Origin: a virus
Virus record (IMG/VR): IMGVR_UViG_3300045988_187455
Coordinates: 1-37,829 of that record
DNA: 37,829 nt
Reading direction: 5' to 3' (one strand)
Shown in pieces: positions 16,007 to 25,181 of the stretch (position 1 is its first letter; each line of letters opens with the position of its first letter). The notes beneath the pieces are model-generated. The model saw nothing but the letters and a program-made list of their open reading frames with translations, was not told where the DNA came from and did not search any database. A program made the position numbers and the translations under genes.

Positions 16007-16448
16007 GACGATAGCTTTTAATGCAGTAATGTGTGCATTGTATGTTGTAGCAACGACAATTAACCCAATCGGATATGGAGTATTTCAATTTAGAGTTAGT
16101 GAATTAATGACAGTGTTTCCTGTTCATTTCAAAAAAGCACGTATCGGATTGCTTTTAGGAGTAGCAATAGCAAATGCAATGAGTCCGCTAGGCTTTATAG
16201 ATGTATTTTGTGGAACATTAACGGCAGGACTATTGTATTACCTAATTGATAGACTACCGGTACACAATTACATCAAATACATTCTATATTCATTAGAAGT
16301 AGGATTAATTATCGGTTGGGAATTACAGTTGGTATATCATATGCCATTTGTATTAACATTCTTTACTACATTTATTCCGGAAATGATTCTATGTATTATC
16401 GGTGATTTATTAGCAAAGAAATTAAAGCATTATGTAAGTATTGATTAG
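15993..16448 (+). CDS. queT: QueT-family queuosine-precursor transporter (ATA start)
   Basis: IAFNAVMCALYVVATT..GVFQFRVSELMTVFP plus further TM helices; first ATG (16029) would truncate TM1; GGAGGA + 6 nt + ATA 15993. Confidence 0.65.
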   Translation: MNRNKTIAFNAVMCALYVVATTINPIGYGVFQFRVSELMTVFPVHFKKARIGLLLGVAIANAMSPLGFIDVFCGTLTAGLLYYLIDRLPVHNYIKYILYSLEVGLIIGWELQLVYHMPFVLTFFTTFIPEMILCIIGDLLAKKLKHYVSID

Positions 16449-16461
16449 AGGTGATAAACAT

Positions 16462-16833
16462 ATGGCTATGCCAAAGAAGAACATTAATCAAAAACAATTT
16501 GAACAACTATGTCAAATTCAATGTACAAAAGATGAAATCTGCTCTGTGTTAGATGTATCCGACAAAACATTAGACAGATGGTGCAAAGAAACATATGAAA
16601 CGTCATTCTCCGAAATATTCAGACAAAAAAGGCAAGGAGGGTGTGCAAGCCTTAGAGCAAAGCAGTGGAAACTAGCTTCTAAGAGTCCTGCTATGGCTAT
16701 TTTCTTAGGTAAACAGTTCTTGGGTCAAACAGACAAAGTAGAAACGCACTTTGACGCTTCAGAAGTAAATGCAATTAATAAAGCTATGATTACAGATGTA
16801 GCAAAAGAAAGAAGAATTGAAGATTTTGAATAA
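16462..16833 (+). CDS. terS: Terminase small subunit
   Basis: AGAGGTGA + 7 nt + ATG 16462; HTH (CTKDEICSVLDVSDKTLDRWCKE) and LRAKQWKLA..MAIFLGKQFLGQTD. Confidence 0.75.
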   Translation: MAMPKKNINQKQFEQLCQIQCTKDEICSVLDVSDKTLDRWCKETYETSFSEIFRQKRQGGCASLRAKQWKLASKSPAMAIFLGKQFLGQTDKVETHFDASEVNAINKAMITDVAKERRIEDFE

Positions 16834-18151
16834 GCCTGCGCCTTTCAATCAAAAACAATTAACTTATCTTAAAAGGACATTTGATTCATGGCTTAATGTT
16901 TTAGAGGGCGGTAAGCGTGGAGGGAAAAACGTACTCAACACATACGCTTTCTGCATTGCATTAGAAACACATCCGGATAAGTTTCATTTAATAGCAGGAA
17001 CAGATACATCATCTGCACGTGTTAATATTGGAGATTGCAACGGATACGGCTTACAAAACTACTTTGCGAATAGATTCAAAGTAGGGAAGTATGAAGGCAA
17101 AGATTGTTATTACATCAATACAAAGGTTGGAGAAAAGGTTGTATTCTTTGCCGGTGGTGCTAAGAAAGGCTCAGAGAATGCAATACATGGTTATTCATAT
17201 GGAATGGCATATGTAACAGAAGCAAACCTTTGTTGCATTGAATTTCTACAAGAAGTAATGGATAGAACGATAGCATCAAGCGATAGAAAGATATTTCATG
17301 ATTTAAACCCCAAAGGCAAGAATCATTGGTATTACACAGATTTCTTGAAATATCATGAGGAGCAACAGAATAAAGATTCTACATATGGTTATAACTATGG
17401 GCATACCACCTTAGTTGACAATTATTCTTTAAGTGATGAGCAGATAAGAACGGTCTTGAAATCATACGATAAGAATAGCGTTTATTACAAAAGAGATATA
17501 AAAGGGCAAAGGGAAGAAGCCGAAGGACTTGTATTCCCTTATTTTGCTAATGATTGCAAACCTTACCTATTTAAATATCAGAGTCTAAAAGAAAAGATGA
17601 AGGAAGAAGGGAAAAGGTTTAGTCATTTAATTATTGGAGTTGACTTTGGAGACAATGGTTCGAAATATTCATGGCACTTAACAGGGTTTACAAATGATTG
17701 GGACTATATGTGGGCACTAGATGAGGGAGATATGGAGAAGTCAAACTCAATTGACGCAACAAAGTTTTGCAAAGCGTTTGTAAGATTTTATAAGCGTTGT
17801 ATTGAATGCTATGGATATGTAGAATGGATATTTCCGGACAGTGCTTCTAACACGCTAATAAACACGCTTAGAGCTTATTTCTACGCCGAAGGATTAGACG
17901 GAAGTATAATTGCACCAGTTAAGAAGAATGAGCTAACAGACCGTCCTATAACGGTTGATAGCTTACTTGTAACAGGTAGATTAAAAATAGAAGAACATTG
18001 TAAGAACTTAATAAACGCATTGAGCGAATTGGTATGGGATGAAAAAAAAGACATTCCAAAAGATGAGAACGTAAACAATATCAATGATGATTGGGATTCG
18101 TTCTGCTATACATTTATCACACATAGCAAATATATAGATTTAAGGAGGTAA
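16817..18151 (+). CDS. terL: Terminase large subunit (PBSX-like)
   Basis: 444 aa; Walker A-like GGKRGGKN, nuclease-domain acidic motifs; TTG start. Confidence 0.9.
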   Translation: MKILNKPAPFNQKQLTYLKRTFDSWLNVLEGGKRGGKNVLNTYAFCIALETHPDKFHLIAGTDTSSARVNIGDCNGYGLQNYFANRFKVGKYEGKDCYYINTKVGEKVVFFAGGAKKGSENAIHGYSYGMAYVTEANLCCIEFLQEVMDRTIASSDRKIFHDLNPKGKNHWYYTDFLKYHEEQQNKDSTYGYNYGHTTLVDNYSLSDEQIRTVLKSYDKNSVYYKRDIKGQREEAEGLVFPYFANDCKPYLFKYQSLKEKMKEEGKRFSHLIIGVDFGDNGSKYSWHLTGFTNDWDYMWALDEGDMEKSNSIDATKFCKAFVRFYKRCIECYGYVEWIFPDSASNTLINTLRAYFYAEGLDGSIIAPVKKNELTDRPITVDSLLVTGRLKIEEHCKNLINALSELVWDEKKDIPKDENVNNINDDWDSFCYTFITHSKYIDLRR

Positions 18152-18154
18152 GAA

Positions 18155-19558
18155 ATAGAAACATCTAACACACGTAGACCGTGGTTTCAGAATTACCTAA
18201 ACGACAGAGGGTATTATGTAGATACAAATGCAATTCAAATTATTGAATTGTGCAACAAGTGGTATACAAATACCGAGACAGAATTTCATACGGCATACAC
18301 CTTAAACAATGAGGAATACACGCTAGATAAAACAGACTTTGCAAAGCGTTTATGCGAGGATGACGCAAACCTTATTGAAATCCTAGATATAAACGCTACA
18401 GAGGATAGCGTTACAAATGACATTATTTCAGATATTCTAACAAAGAATAGGTTCGATGTAATGTATAGGAAACAAGTTGAGCAAATGTCTGCAAATGGTA
18501 CAGTAGGAGCTTATGTGACGGTATCAAATGCCGAGATTTACGAAGATGGTACATTCAGTGGAGGAGAAATCAGAATCAACTATTGTGATTCCATGAATAT
18601 CCTTCCACTAACTGTTATTAATGATGAAATTGTGGAAGTTGCTTTCGTTGGAGTAAATTATGAGAAATTAAAAAAAGTATATGTGATGGTCATGTTCTTA
18701 AAAGGACAAAATGAAAGATACATTGCAGAAACACATTACTTTAAAGAGACAGGCGAAGAAATAAAAGACCGTGCTCAGATTGTTCAATTAGATGTGGTTA
18801 AGCCGTTTGCAATTATGAGAAATGCAAAGGTAAACAATTTACAAATGCAAGGCTACGGCTTGCCAAAGATTTGGAGTGCAATTGCTCCACTAAAAACAAT
18901 TGATTTGACGATGACAATGTGGAATAGAGATTTATTAAAATCGGATAAGATTGTTCTTGTCAATGAAGCATTAATGCAGAAAGACGAGAATGGAAAGATT
19001 AAAATGAATCCACAAATGAAAAAGATATTCGTTCAATTAGGTAGGGACAAGCTACCGGAAGAAAAAGCTTTATGGCAAGAATACAATCCAACAGTTCGAA
19101 CGGCAGAAGTTGTTCAATCACTAGAAACGGCGTTAAGTATCTTATCAATGATGTTTGGATTCGGTACAAAGAAATACACGTTTGAAAGTGGAAGAATCGT
19201 GACGGCTACAGAATATATTGGTGAGAACCAAGACGCTATGAAGGAAGTAAATTCACAACGTAAAGAATCTACTGCATATATTCAAGATATTATTCAAGCA
19301 ATAGCATACTTCTATGAATTAACACAAGGCAGAAAGCTTAATATCAATTCATTAGACATTGCTATTGACTATGATGATACATATATCGAGGATAAACAAA
19401 GCACGGCACAAGCATTAAGGAATGACGCACTTACATTTGATATTCCAAGATTAAAGATTATGTATTTTATGAAGCAATATGGCTTTACAGAAGAAGAAGC
19501 AACGGAATTGTTGAATGAAGAAATTCAAGATGATGGAGAGGAGGATGAAGAAGAATAG
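18155..19558 (+). CDS. Portal protein (ATA start)
   Basis: About 467 aa following terL with an acidic C-terminus; frame open from 18152; AAGGAGG + 6 nt + ATA 18155; first canonical start TTG 18248 has no SD. Confidence 0.8.
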   Translation: METSNTRRPWFQNYLNDRGYYVDTNAIQIIELCNKWYTNTETEFHTAYTLNNEEYTLDKTDFAKRLCEDDANLIEILDINATEDSVTNDIISDILTKNRFDVMYRKQVEQMSANGTVGAYVTVSNAEIYEDGTFSGGEIRINYCDSMNILPLTVINDEIVEVAFVGVNYEKLKKVYVMVMFLKGQNERYIAETHYFKETGEEIKDRAQIVQLDVVKPFAIMRNAKVNNLQMQGYGLPKIWSAIAPLKTIDLTMTMWNRDLLKSDKIVLVNEALMQKDENGKIKMNPQMKKIFVQLGRDKLPEEKALWQEYNPTVRTAEVVQSLETALSILSMMFGFGTKKYTFESGRIVTATEYIGENQDAMKEVNSQRKESTAYIQDIIQAIAYFYELTQGRKLNINSLDIAIDYDDTYIEDKQSTAQALRNDALTFDIPRLKIMYFMKQYGFTEEEATELLNEEIQDDGEEDEEE

Positions 19559-20364
19559 CAACTACATATTTTCCATTCGTCTCAAGAAATGGTGATAGAT
19601 TAGTATTATATGACGCTTTCAGAAGATTGTTCTCAAGCTACTTTACAAATGGTGTGTTCGTAGATGATTCTAGTTCAGACCATTTAAGAGTTGAGAAAGC
19701 TCAAGGCTTAACCTTAACAGTTAAAGCAGGACGAGCAAATATTAATGGAGCGTTCTATTGGCAGAAAGATGACGAAACCATCACACTAGAAAAGAATAGC
19801 GCTACTAAAAGCTACAATATTATTCTTAGATTGAATGATAATGACGCATACAGAAACATTACCTTAGTAGTAAGTGATATTAATGATGGAATCACAAGAA
19901 GTGATTCTATTTACGATTTAGTATTAGCTACGGTTACAGTAACAGGAAACGCAAGTGAAGTTAAAGGTTCAGATATTACTGATACAAGATTAGATTCTAC
20001 ACGTTGCGGAGCAGTTACAAGCGCTATTAAAAGCGTACAATCGTTGGATTTATTTACTCAAGTTACTGAGCTATTCAAAGAAATTAAGGCTCAGAATGAA
20101 TCTGAAATGAATGCAAATAGAACAGAGTTTAATGATTGGTTTGAAACTGTAAAAGATACGTTAGACGCAAATACGGCAGGAAAACTTTCTAACAGAATTT
20201 CAAACATTGAAAAGATGATTATGGAGAACCATTTCACTACGATTCTATTAACAGAAGATGGAACACTAGTAGATGAGAATGGTCATGAGATTCTAGCAGA
20301 TTGGGCGTATGAAGTTGATGAAGGTGAAGTAGGTAAAGATTGGACTTACAAGGTGAAATCATGA
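19555..20364 (+). CDS. Fibre/baseplate-like structural protein (ATA start)
   Basis: Frame open 24 codons upstream of TTG 19627 with protein-like sequence (ATTYFPFVSRNGDRLVLYDAFRR); GGAGGA + 9 nt + ATA overlapping portal stop (ATAG). Confidence 0.65.
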   Translation: MATTYFPFVSRNGDRLVLYDAFRRLFSSYFTNGVFVDDSSSDHLRVEKAQGLTLTVKAGRANINGAFYWQKDDETITLEKNSATKSYNIILRLNDNDAYRNITLVVSDINDGITRSDSIYDLVLATVTVTGNASEVKGSDITDTRLDSTRCGAVTSAIKSVQSLDLFTQVTELFKEIKAQNESEMNANRTEFNDWFETVKDTLDANTAGKLSNRISNIEKMIMENHFTTILLTEDGTLVDENGHEILADWAYEVDEGEVGKDWTYKVKS

Positions 20365-20660
20365 GACAAGGAACAACACCAACAATTCAAATCACAATAA
20401 ACGATATTGATTTAAATGAAATGCAGAATATCTATGTGGTATTTGAACAGAACGGATATATCTTGAAAAAAGAATCAAGTGATTTAGACATTGAAGGAAA
20501 TGTTATTTCAGTGTTGTTAAGTCAAGAAGAAACGCTCAATTTCAAAGAGGGTACTTGTAACATTCAATTAAGAATGATTACAAAAGGAGGAGTTGCTATT
20601 GCTTCTCCTATCAAGACAACAAAGGTATATAGAGTATTGAATAAGGAAGTGATTACATGA
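20361..20660 (+). CDS. Structural-module hypothetical protein
   Basis: AAGGTGA SD, ATG 20361 overlapping upstream stop (ATGA). Confidence 0.65.
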   Translation: MRQGTTPTIQITINDIDLNEMQNIYVVFEQNGYILKKESSDLDIEGNVISVLLSQEETLNFKEGTCNIQLRMITKGGVAIASPIKTTKVYRVLNKEVIT

Positions 20661-20986
20661 TTCTAATGCAAGATATTCAAATGAATATACAAGATGAATC
20701 AGACAAGCTTCAAATTGAAATCAATGAAGATAAAGAAACATTAACTTTAGGATTAGATGAGAAGTTTGTTGAAGGTACAAGTGATTACAACAAGCTAAAG
20801 AACAAACCTAAGTTAAATGGTAATGAAATCATTGGAGAGGTTGAAGAAATAGACCCAACAGTTCCAACGTGGGCAAAAGCAGAAACAAGACCGGTATATA
20901 CTCCGGAAGATGTTGGAGCTATGGCAGAAGGTTCTGTAACATCTGTATCAACAACCGAACTAGATGAATTATGGAATAGTCTATAG
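20657..20986 (+). CDS. Structural-module hypothetical protein
   Basis: ATGA overlap; C-terminal STTELDELW motif shared with the next gene. Confidence 0.65.
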   Translation: MILMQDIQMNIQDESDKLQIEINEDKETLTLGLDEKFVEGTSDYNKLKNKPKLNGNEIIGEVEEIDPTVPTWAKAETRPVYTPEDVGAMAEGSVTSVSTTELDELWNSL

Positions 20987-20998
20987 GAGGAAAAAAGA

Positions 20999-21607
20999 AT
21001 AGCTATTGAATATTTAGATAAGAGTGGATTGACACTCTTAATCAGTAAAATTAAAACGGCGTTAGGTGGTAAAGTTGATGCCGTAAGTGGTAAAGGCTTA
21101 TCAACAAATGACTACACAAGCGCAGAAAAGCAAAAGTTAAGTGGTATCGCAAGTGGCGCTCAAGTGAACGTGATTGAGTCTGTAAAGGTTAACGGTACAA
21201 AATTAACGCCAAGCTCAAAAGCCGTAGATGTTACAGTGCCAACAAAAACATCACAATTAACAAATGACAGTGGATATCAGTCGGCAACGAGCGTTGAGTC
21301 AATTATCACGGCTAAAGGGTATCAAACGCAAGCACAAGTACAATCGTTGATTAATTCGGCAGTAGGTAATATTACATCTATTAGATATGAAAAGGTAACG
21401 AGCTTACCTGCTACAGGTTCAAATGGTGTGATTTATTTGGTTGCACATTCACACGGAACTCAAGATATATATGATGAGTATATTTGGCTTTCAGAGACAA
21501 AGACATATGAAAAGATTGGTAATACAGACATTGATTTATCGGCGTATGTTAAGAGTTCAGAATTAACTGCGATTACTACAAATGATTTAAATACAATGTG
21601 GGGTTAG
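20999..21607 (+). CDS. Fibre protein with GKGLSTNDYT repeat-type motif (ATA start)
   Basis: GGAGG + 8 nt + ATA 20999; N-terminus AIEYLDKSGLTLLISKIK..GKGLSTNDYTSAEKQKLSGI typical of phage fibres; only ATA/ATT precede TTG 21029. Confidence 0.65.
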   Translation: MAIEYLDKSGLTLLISKIKTALGGKVDAVSGKGLSTNDYTSAEKQKLSGIASGAQVNVIESVKVNGTKLTPSSKAVDVTVPTKTSQLTNDSGYQSATSVESIITAKGYQTQAQVQSLINSAVGNITSIRYEKVTSLPATGSNGVIYLVAHSHGTQDIYDEYIWLSETKTYEKIGNTDIDLSAYVKSSELTAITTNDLNTMWG

Positions 21608-21610
21608 CGT

Positions 21611-21856
21611 ATGTCTTTCGTATTCAAAGACAAAGCTTCTATTCAGTGGCTTGTCAATAGAATAAAGTCTGTAACCACATCACATAACGCATTGAATCAA
21701 ATGGTGATGAATAATCACTTTACTACAAATTTGAACGCAACAAGCGCTCAAGATTTAGTTGATGAAAAAGGAAATACAATCTTAGCCGATTGGTCTTATG
21801 AAGTAGCGGGTGGAGAAGTCGGCACGGATTGGACATATAAAGTCAAGGAGGAATAG
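21611..21856 (+). CDS. Small protein equivalent to the C-terminal module of 19555-20364
   Basis: NNHFTT..LVDEKGNTILADWSYEVAGGEVGTDWTYKVK parallels ENHFTT..LVDENGHEILADWAYEVDEGEVGKDWTYKVK. Confidence 0.6.
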   Translation: MSFVFKDKASIQWLVNRIKSVTTSHNALNQMVMNNHFTTNLNATSAQDLVDEKGNTILADWSYEVAGGEVGTDWTYKVKEE

Positions 21857-21859
21857 AGA

Positions 21860-22771
21860 ATAGCAGGGAAACAAGTAACAGAATTAGACGCATTGCCTAG
21901 CTTTACAGATACAAGCTTATTGCCTGTGCATAATGGCACAGGATTGAAAAAAGGATTATTATCGCAACTAGCTAATTATTTAGGAGCAAAATTCAGTAAT
22001 CCGAATTTATTGATTAATCCGGATTTCAAAATCAATCAAAGAGGAAAAAGTACTTACAGTACTACCGGAGCAGGATGTACGGTTGACAGATGGGTTGGAA
22101 CAAACGTAAAGACGGTAGTCAATTCAGATGGTACTGTATCTGTATCTTCTTTAAGTGGCACAGGATATTATACGCAACACGAAGAGAATATCTCATATGG
22201 AAAGCATACATACTCAATTTATGTTCAAGCAATTACCGGAACAGTAAATGCTTTTTATAAAAGCAAGGATTCACGAGACGTTGGATTAGGAACATTAAAG
22301 CAGGGATTGAATGTCTTTACATCAGTTGATGATGGATTTAAAAGCTTTTACTTAAGCGTCGCAGGAGGTTCATCTGTAACTTTAAAATATGCAAAGGTAG
22401 AGCAAGGAACAGTAGCAACTACATTTATTGCACCTAACATGGCAGAAGAATTAATTAAATGTTACAGGTTCTTTCAGATTCTGAGCATTGACATGTTAAA
22501 AATATCATTTGATGGGAGTCAAGGCTTTATTCCATTTACGCCGAAAGTTAAGATGAGAAGTACGCCAACATTAGGTTATTGGACAAACAAACTTTATATG
22601 CGTAAATCCTATACAGATATGACACTCGAAGAATTGGCATTTAATAGAGCGTGGGCTTCTAGTGACAACGTAATCGGTGTAGCGTTTAATGTTTCTTATA
22701 ATAGAATATCTATGTTAACGCCAATCAATAGTCATTTAGACAGATTCGAATTGGACGCAGAAATTTATTAG
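21860..22771 (+). CDS. Tail fibre / receptor-binding-like protein (ATA start)
   Basis: AAGGAGGA + 8 nt + ATA 21860; N-terminus AGKQVTELDALPSFTDTSLLPV is a typical fibre N-terminus. Confidence 0.65.
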   Translation: MAGKQVTELDALPSFTDTSLLPVHNGTGLKKGLLSQLANYLGAKFSNPNLLINPDFKINQRGKSTYSTTGAGCTVDRWVGTNVKTVVNSDGTVSVSSLSGTGYYTQHEENISYGKHTYSIYVQAITGTVNAFYKSKDSRDVGLGTLKQGLNVFTSVDDGFKSFYLSVAGGSSVTLKYAKVEQGTVATTFIAPNMAEELIKCYRFFQILSIDMLKISFDGSQGFIPFTPKVKMRSTPTLGYWTNKLYMRKSYTDMTLEELAFNRAWASSDNVIGVAFNVSYNRISMLTPINSHLDRFELDAEIY

Positions 22772-22780
22772 GAGGAAGCT

Positions 22781-23128
22781 ATGAACAACGAATATAAAGT
22801 ATACGTATCCTTACAAGATGGATACATCACATCTATTAATTCAGAAATCTTTTTATCACAAGAAGAAATTCAAACAATGACAGAGATTGACAAAGGACAA
22901 GGAGATAAATACGCTCATGCTCAAGGTCAATATTTAGAAAAAGGATTAGTTGATGAACACGGAAGATATAACTACAAATTTGTAGAAGGTAAAGTAATTG
23001 AGGTTGTAGAAGCAGAAAAGCCTACAATTGAAGAACCAAAAGCAGTACCAACCGAGCAAGAGAAGATTAATGCACAATTAATGTTACAAATTGCACAGTT
23101 AAAAGCTCAATTGAATGGGGTGAAGTAG
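22781..23128 (+). CDS. XkdW-like fibre-associated protein (tentative)
   Basis: TAGGAGGAAGCT ATG; DKYAHAQGQYLEKGLVDEHGRYNYKF pattern; sits before an XkdX-like ORF. Confidence 0.5.
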   Translation: MNNEYKVYVSLQDGYITSINSEIFLSQEEIQTMTEIDKGQGDKYAHAQGQYLEKGLVDEHGRYNYKFVEGKVIEVVEAEKPTIEEPKAVPTEQEKINAQLMLQIAQLKAQLNGVK

Positions 23129-23129
23129 T

Positions 23130-23249
23130 ATGAGTTATGAATTAATCAAATCGTATTATGAATTAGGCTTATTTACAAAGAATGATTTAGAAATCTTTGC
23201 TTCTATTGGATGGATTACAGAAAAGCAGAGAAAAGAATTAATTAAATAG
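23130..23249 (+). CDS. XkdX-like small protein (39 aa)
   Basis: MSYELIKSYYELGLFTKNDLEIFASIGWITEKQRKELIK matches the XkdX pattern; below track cutoff. Confidence 0.5.
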   Translation: MSYELIKSYYELGLFTKNDLEIFASIGWITEKQRKELIK

Positions 23250-23265
23250 GCATTAAAAGCGTTTT

Positions 23266-23287
23266 AAAGGGCATTTAAGCCCTTTTT
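23266..23287 (+). terminator. Rho-independent terminator closing the fibre module
   Basis: AAAGGGC-ATTTAA-GCCCTTT + TT. Confidence 0.5.
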
Positions 23288-23305
23288 CTATAGGAGGGCA
23301 TATAA

Positions 23306-24487
23306 ATGTTAAGTGAAGAAGAGCAAAGGGAACAAGAACGTGAAAAAAGGCAAGAAAAAAGGAAGCAAGAACGCCTACAAAAGCAGATTGAAAAAAGAAG
23401 AAAACTTGAAGAAAGAGAAAGAAAAAGTGTAAAGCGTGCTAGTGTATTTGAATTAGGGATGATGATATTCGTATCTAATAAAATTCGTGAAGTTTTAGAG
23501 AAAAGCACCGAAGAAAATGCGAAATTTAATGATATATTAGCAAAATCACTTGTTGATTTGCGTAAATTTGTAAAAAAAGAATCGAAAACCTTTAAAAAAG
23601 ATGTAATTAATGAATCAAAAAAGGATTTAGAAGAAAATAAGCAAGGAACACTTGATTTAATCAAAGAAGCAAGTGGAAAACCTATCAAAAAGAAGCTCAA
23701 GATGGATTTATATATCAGTCCACAAGACGATACCTCAAAGCGTTGGAAGAAATACATTAAGACAAGTGCGAATACGTATGCAATCGGTAAAGATAAACTA
23801 CCGGTATTCTTTACAAAGATAATTCAAGAAGAAGTTAAGAATGTAGTAGGTGGTAAATGTACAATTGATGATTCTTGTAGAAAGGCTATTTCTAAACTAG
23901 CAGACAGTGGCGTAAAGATTGTTGAATATGATACAGGCGTTAAAAGAAATGTGGATGTATGGGTGAGACAACAAATGCAGTACGCAGAAAAAGAATCATC
24001 ACAAGAAATTAACAATAAATGTGCAAAAGATATGGGAGTTACTGTATTTGAGTTTGATGCTCACGCAAATGCAAGACCAACTCATAAGAAGTGGCAAGGA
24101 AAGCGATACGACACGCAAGGGAAACTATATCCTAGTTTGTATGAGTTAACGCATGGAGAAGAAAAAGACTATGGATGTAGACACTTTGCTCAACCTGTTT
24201 GGGATGTTGATATGCCTTACGCTTACACAAAAGAGCAGTTAAAGAATATTGATACAAAGCCTTTCACATTCCAAGGAAAAGAATATGAAGGATATGAAGC
24301 TAGGCAGTACCAAAGGGAATTGGAAAGAAATATCAGAGCATTAAAGAGGGAAGTAATCTTATTGGACAATCAAGGCTTAGGAAGTACAGAAGCCAAAATC
24401 AAGCTAAAACACGCAAATGCAACGTATAAAGCTTTTAGTTCTGAAATGGGAGACAGAGTTCACAACGATAGGCTTAGAATTGGCTAA
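23306..24487 (+). CDS. Head morphogenesis / minor capsid protein (SPP1 gp7 / Mu F-like)
   Basis: 393 aa; DAHANARPTHKKWQGKRY motif; highly charged K/E/R N-terminus. Confidence 0.75.
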   Translation: MLSEEEQREQEREKRQEKRKQERLQKQIEKRRKLEERERKSVKRASVFELGMMIFVSNKIREVLEKSTEENAKFNDILAKSLVDLRKFVKKESKTFKKDVINESKKDLEENKQGTLDLIKEASGKPIKKKLKMDLYISPQDDTSKRWKKYIKTSANTYAIGKDKLPVFFTKIIQEEVKNVVGGKCTIDDSCRKAISKLADSGVKIVEYDTGVKRNVDVWVRQQMQYAEKESSQEINNKCAKDMGVTVFEFDAHANARPTHKKWQGKRYDTQGKLYPSLYELTHGEEKDYGCRHFAQPVWDVDMPYAYTKEQLKNIDTKPFTFQGKEYEGYEARQYQRELERNIRALKREVILLDNQGLGSTEAKIKLKHANATYKAFSSEMGDRVHNDRLRIG

Positions 24488-24582
24488 AACGCTCACATTG
24501 TGAGCTATTATTCAAGCTAAAATATAGTTAGCCAAAACCATACCGGAGAAGATTCGGTTTACAAAAAACTTTAGGAGGGCAA

Positions 24583-25167
24583 ATGAAAAACATTATTGAA
24601 ATTTTAAAAGAATCAAACATTGAATTAACCAAAGAACAAGAGGAATCAATTACAAAGCTAGTAAATGACAACTATAAGACGATTGCAGAGTTCGATAAGC
24701 AAAAAGAAAAGCTATCTTTAGCGGAGAACAATGCAAAGGATATTCAAACAAAGTTTGATGATTTCAAAAGGAGCTATGATGGAGTTGATGTAGAAGAATT
24801 GAGAAATAAAATCAATACATTGACGAATGATATTGATACTCAAAAGACTACATACGAAACTCAGATTAGCAAAATGAATCTTGATTCTGTATTAAGTGCA
24901 AAAGCTAAAGAATACGGATGTAAAGATTTCGATTTAGCAAAATCACAATTCAACTATGATGATTTGCTTAAATCGAAAGACCAAACAAATGATATTGACA
25001 AAGCTTTCAAAACTTTGAAAGAGAATAAGCCAATCTTATTTGAAGAAGAACAGAAAGGACCTACTGCAACAGGAAATATCGTTGGAAGCAGTGGGCAAGG
25101 AGAAAACCCAAACGCCGAAGATTTATTATTACGACAAGCAATGGGTTTAACTACAGAGAAGAAATAA
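24583..25167 (+). CDS. Scaffolding protein
   Basis: Helical charged 194-aa protein immediately upstream of the major capsid gene. Confidence 0.65.
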   Translation: MKNIIEILKESNIELTKEQEESITKLVNDNYKTIAEFDKQKEKLSLAENNAKDIQTKFDDFKRSYDGVDVEELRNKINTLTNDIDTQKTTYETQISKMNLDSVLSAKAKEYGCKDFDLAKSQFNYDDLLKSKDQTNDIDKAFKTLKENKPILFEEEQKGPTATGNIVGSSGQGENPNAEDLLLRQAMGLTTEKK

Positions 25168-25181
25168 GGAGGATTTAATTA

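Noticed and set aside
18149-18157. Terminase and portal are in the same frame, separated only by TAA-GAA, suggesting stop-codon readthrough or recoding
   Set aside because: A TerL-portal fusion is biologically implausible. TAA, TAG and TGA all act as ordinary stops throughout the window, and long ORFs are uninterrupted. An SD sits exactly before ATA 18155.
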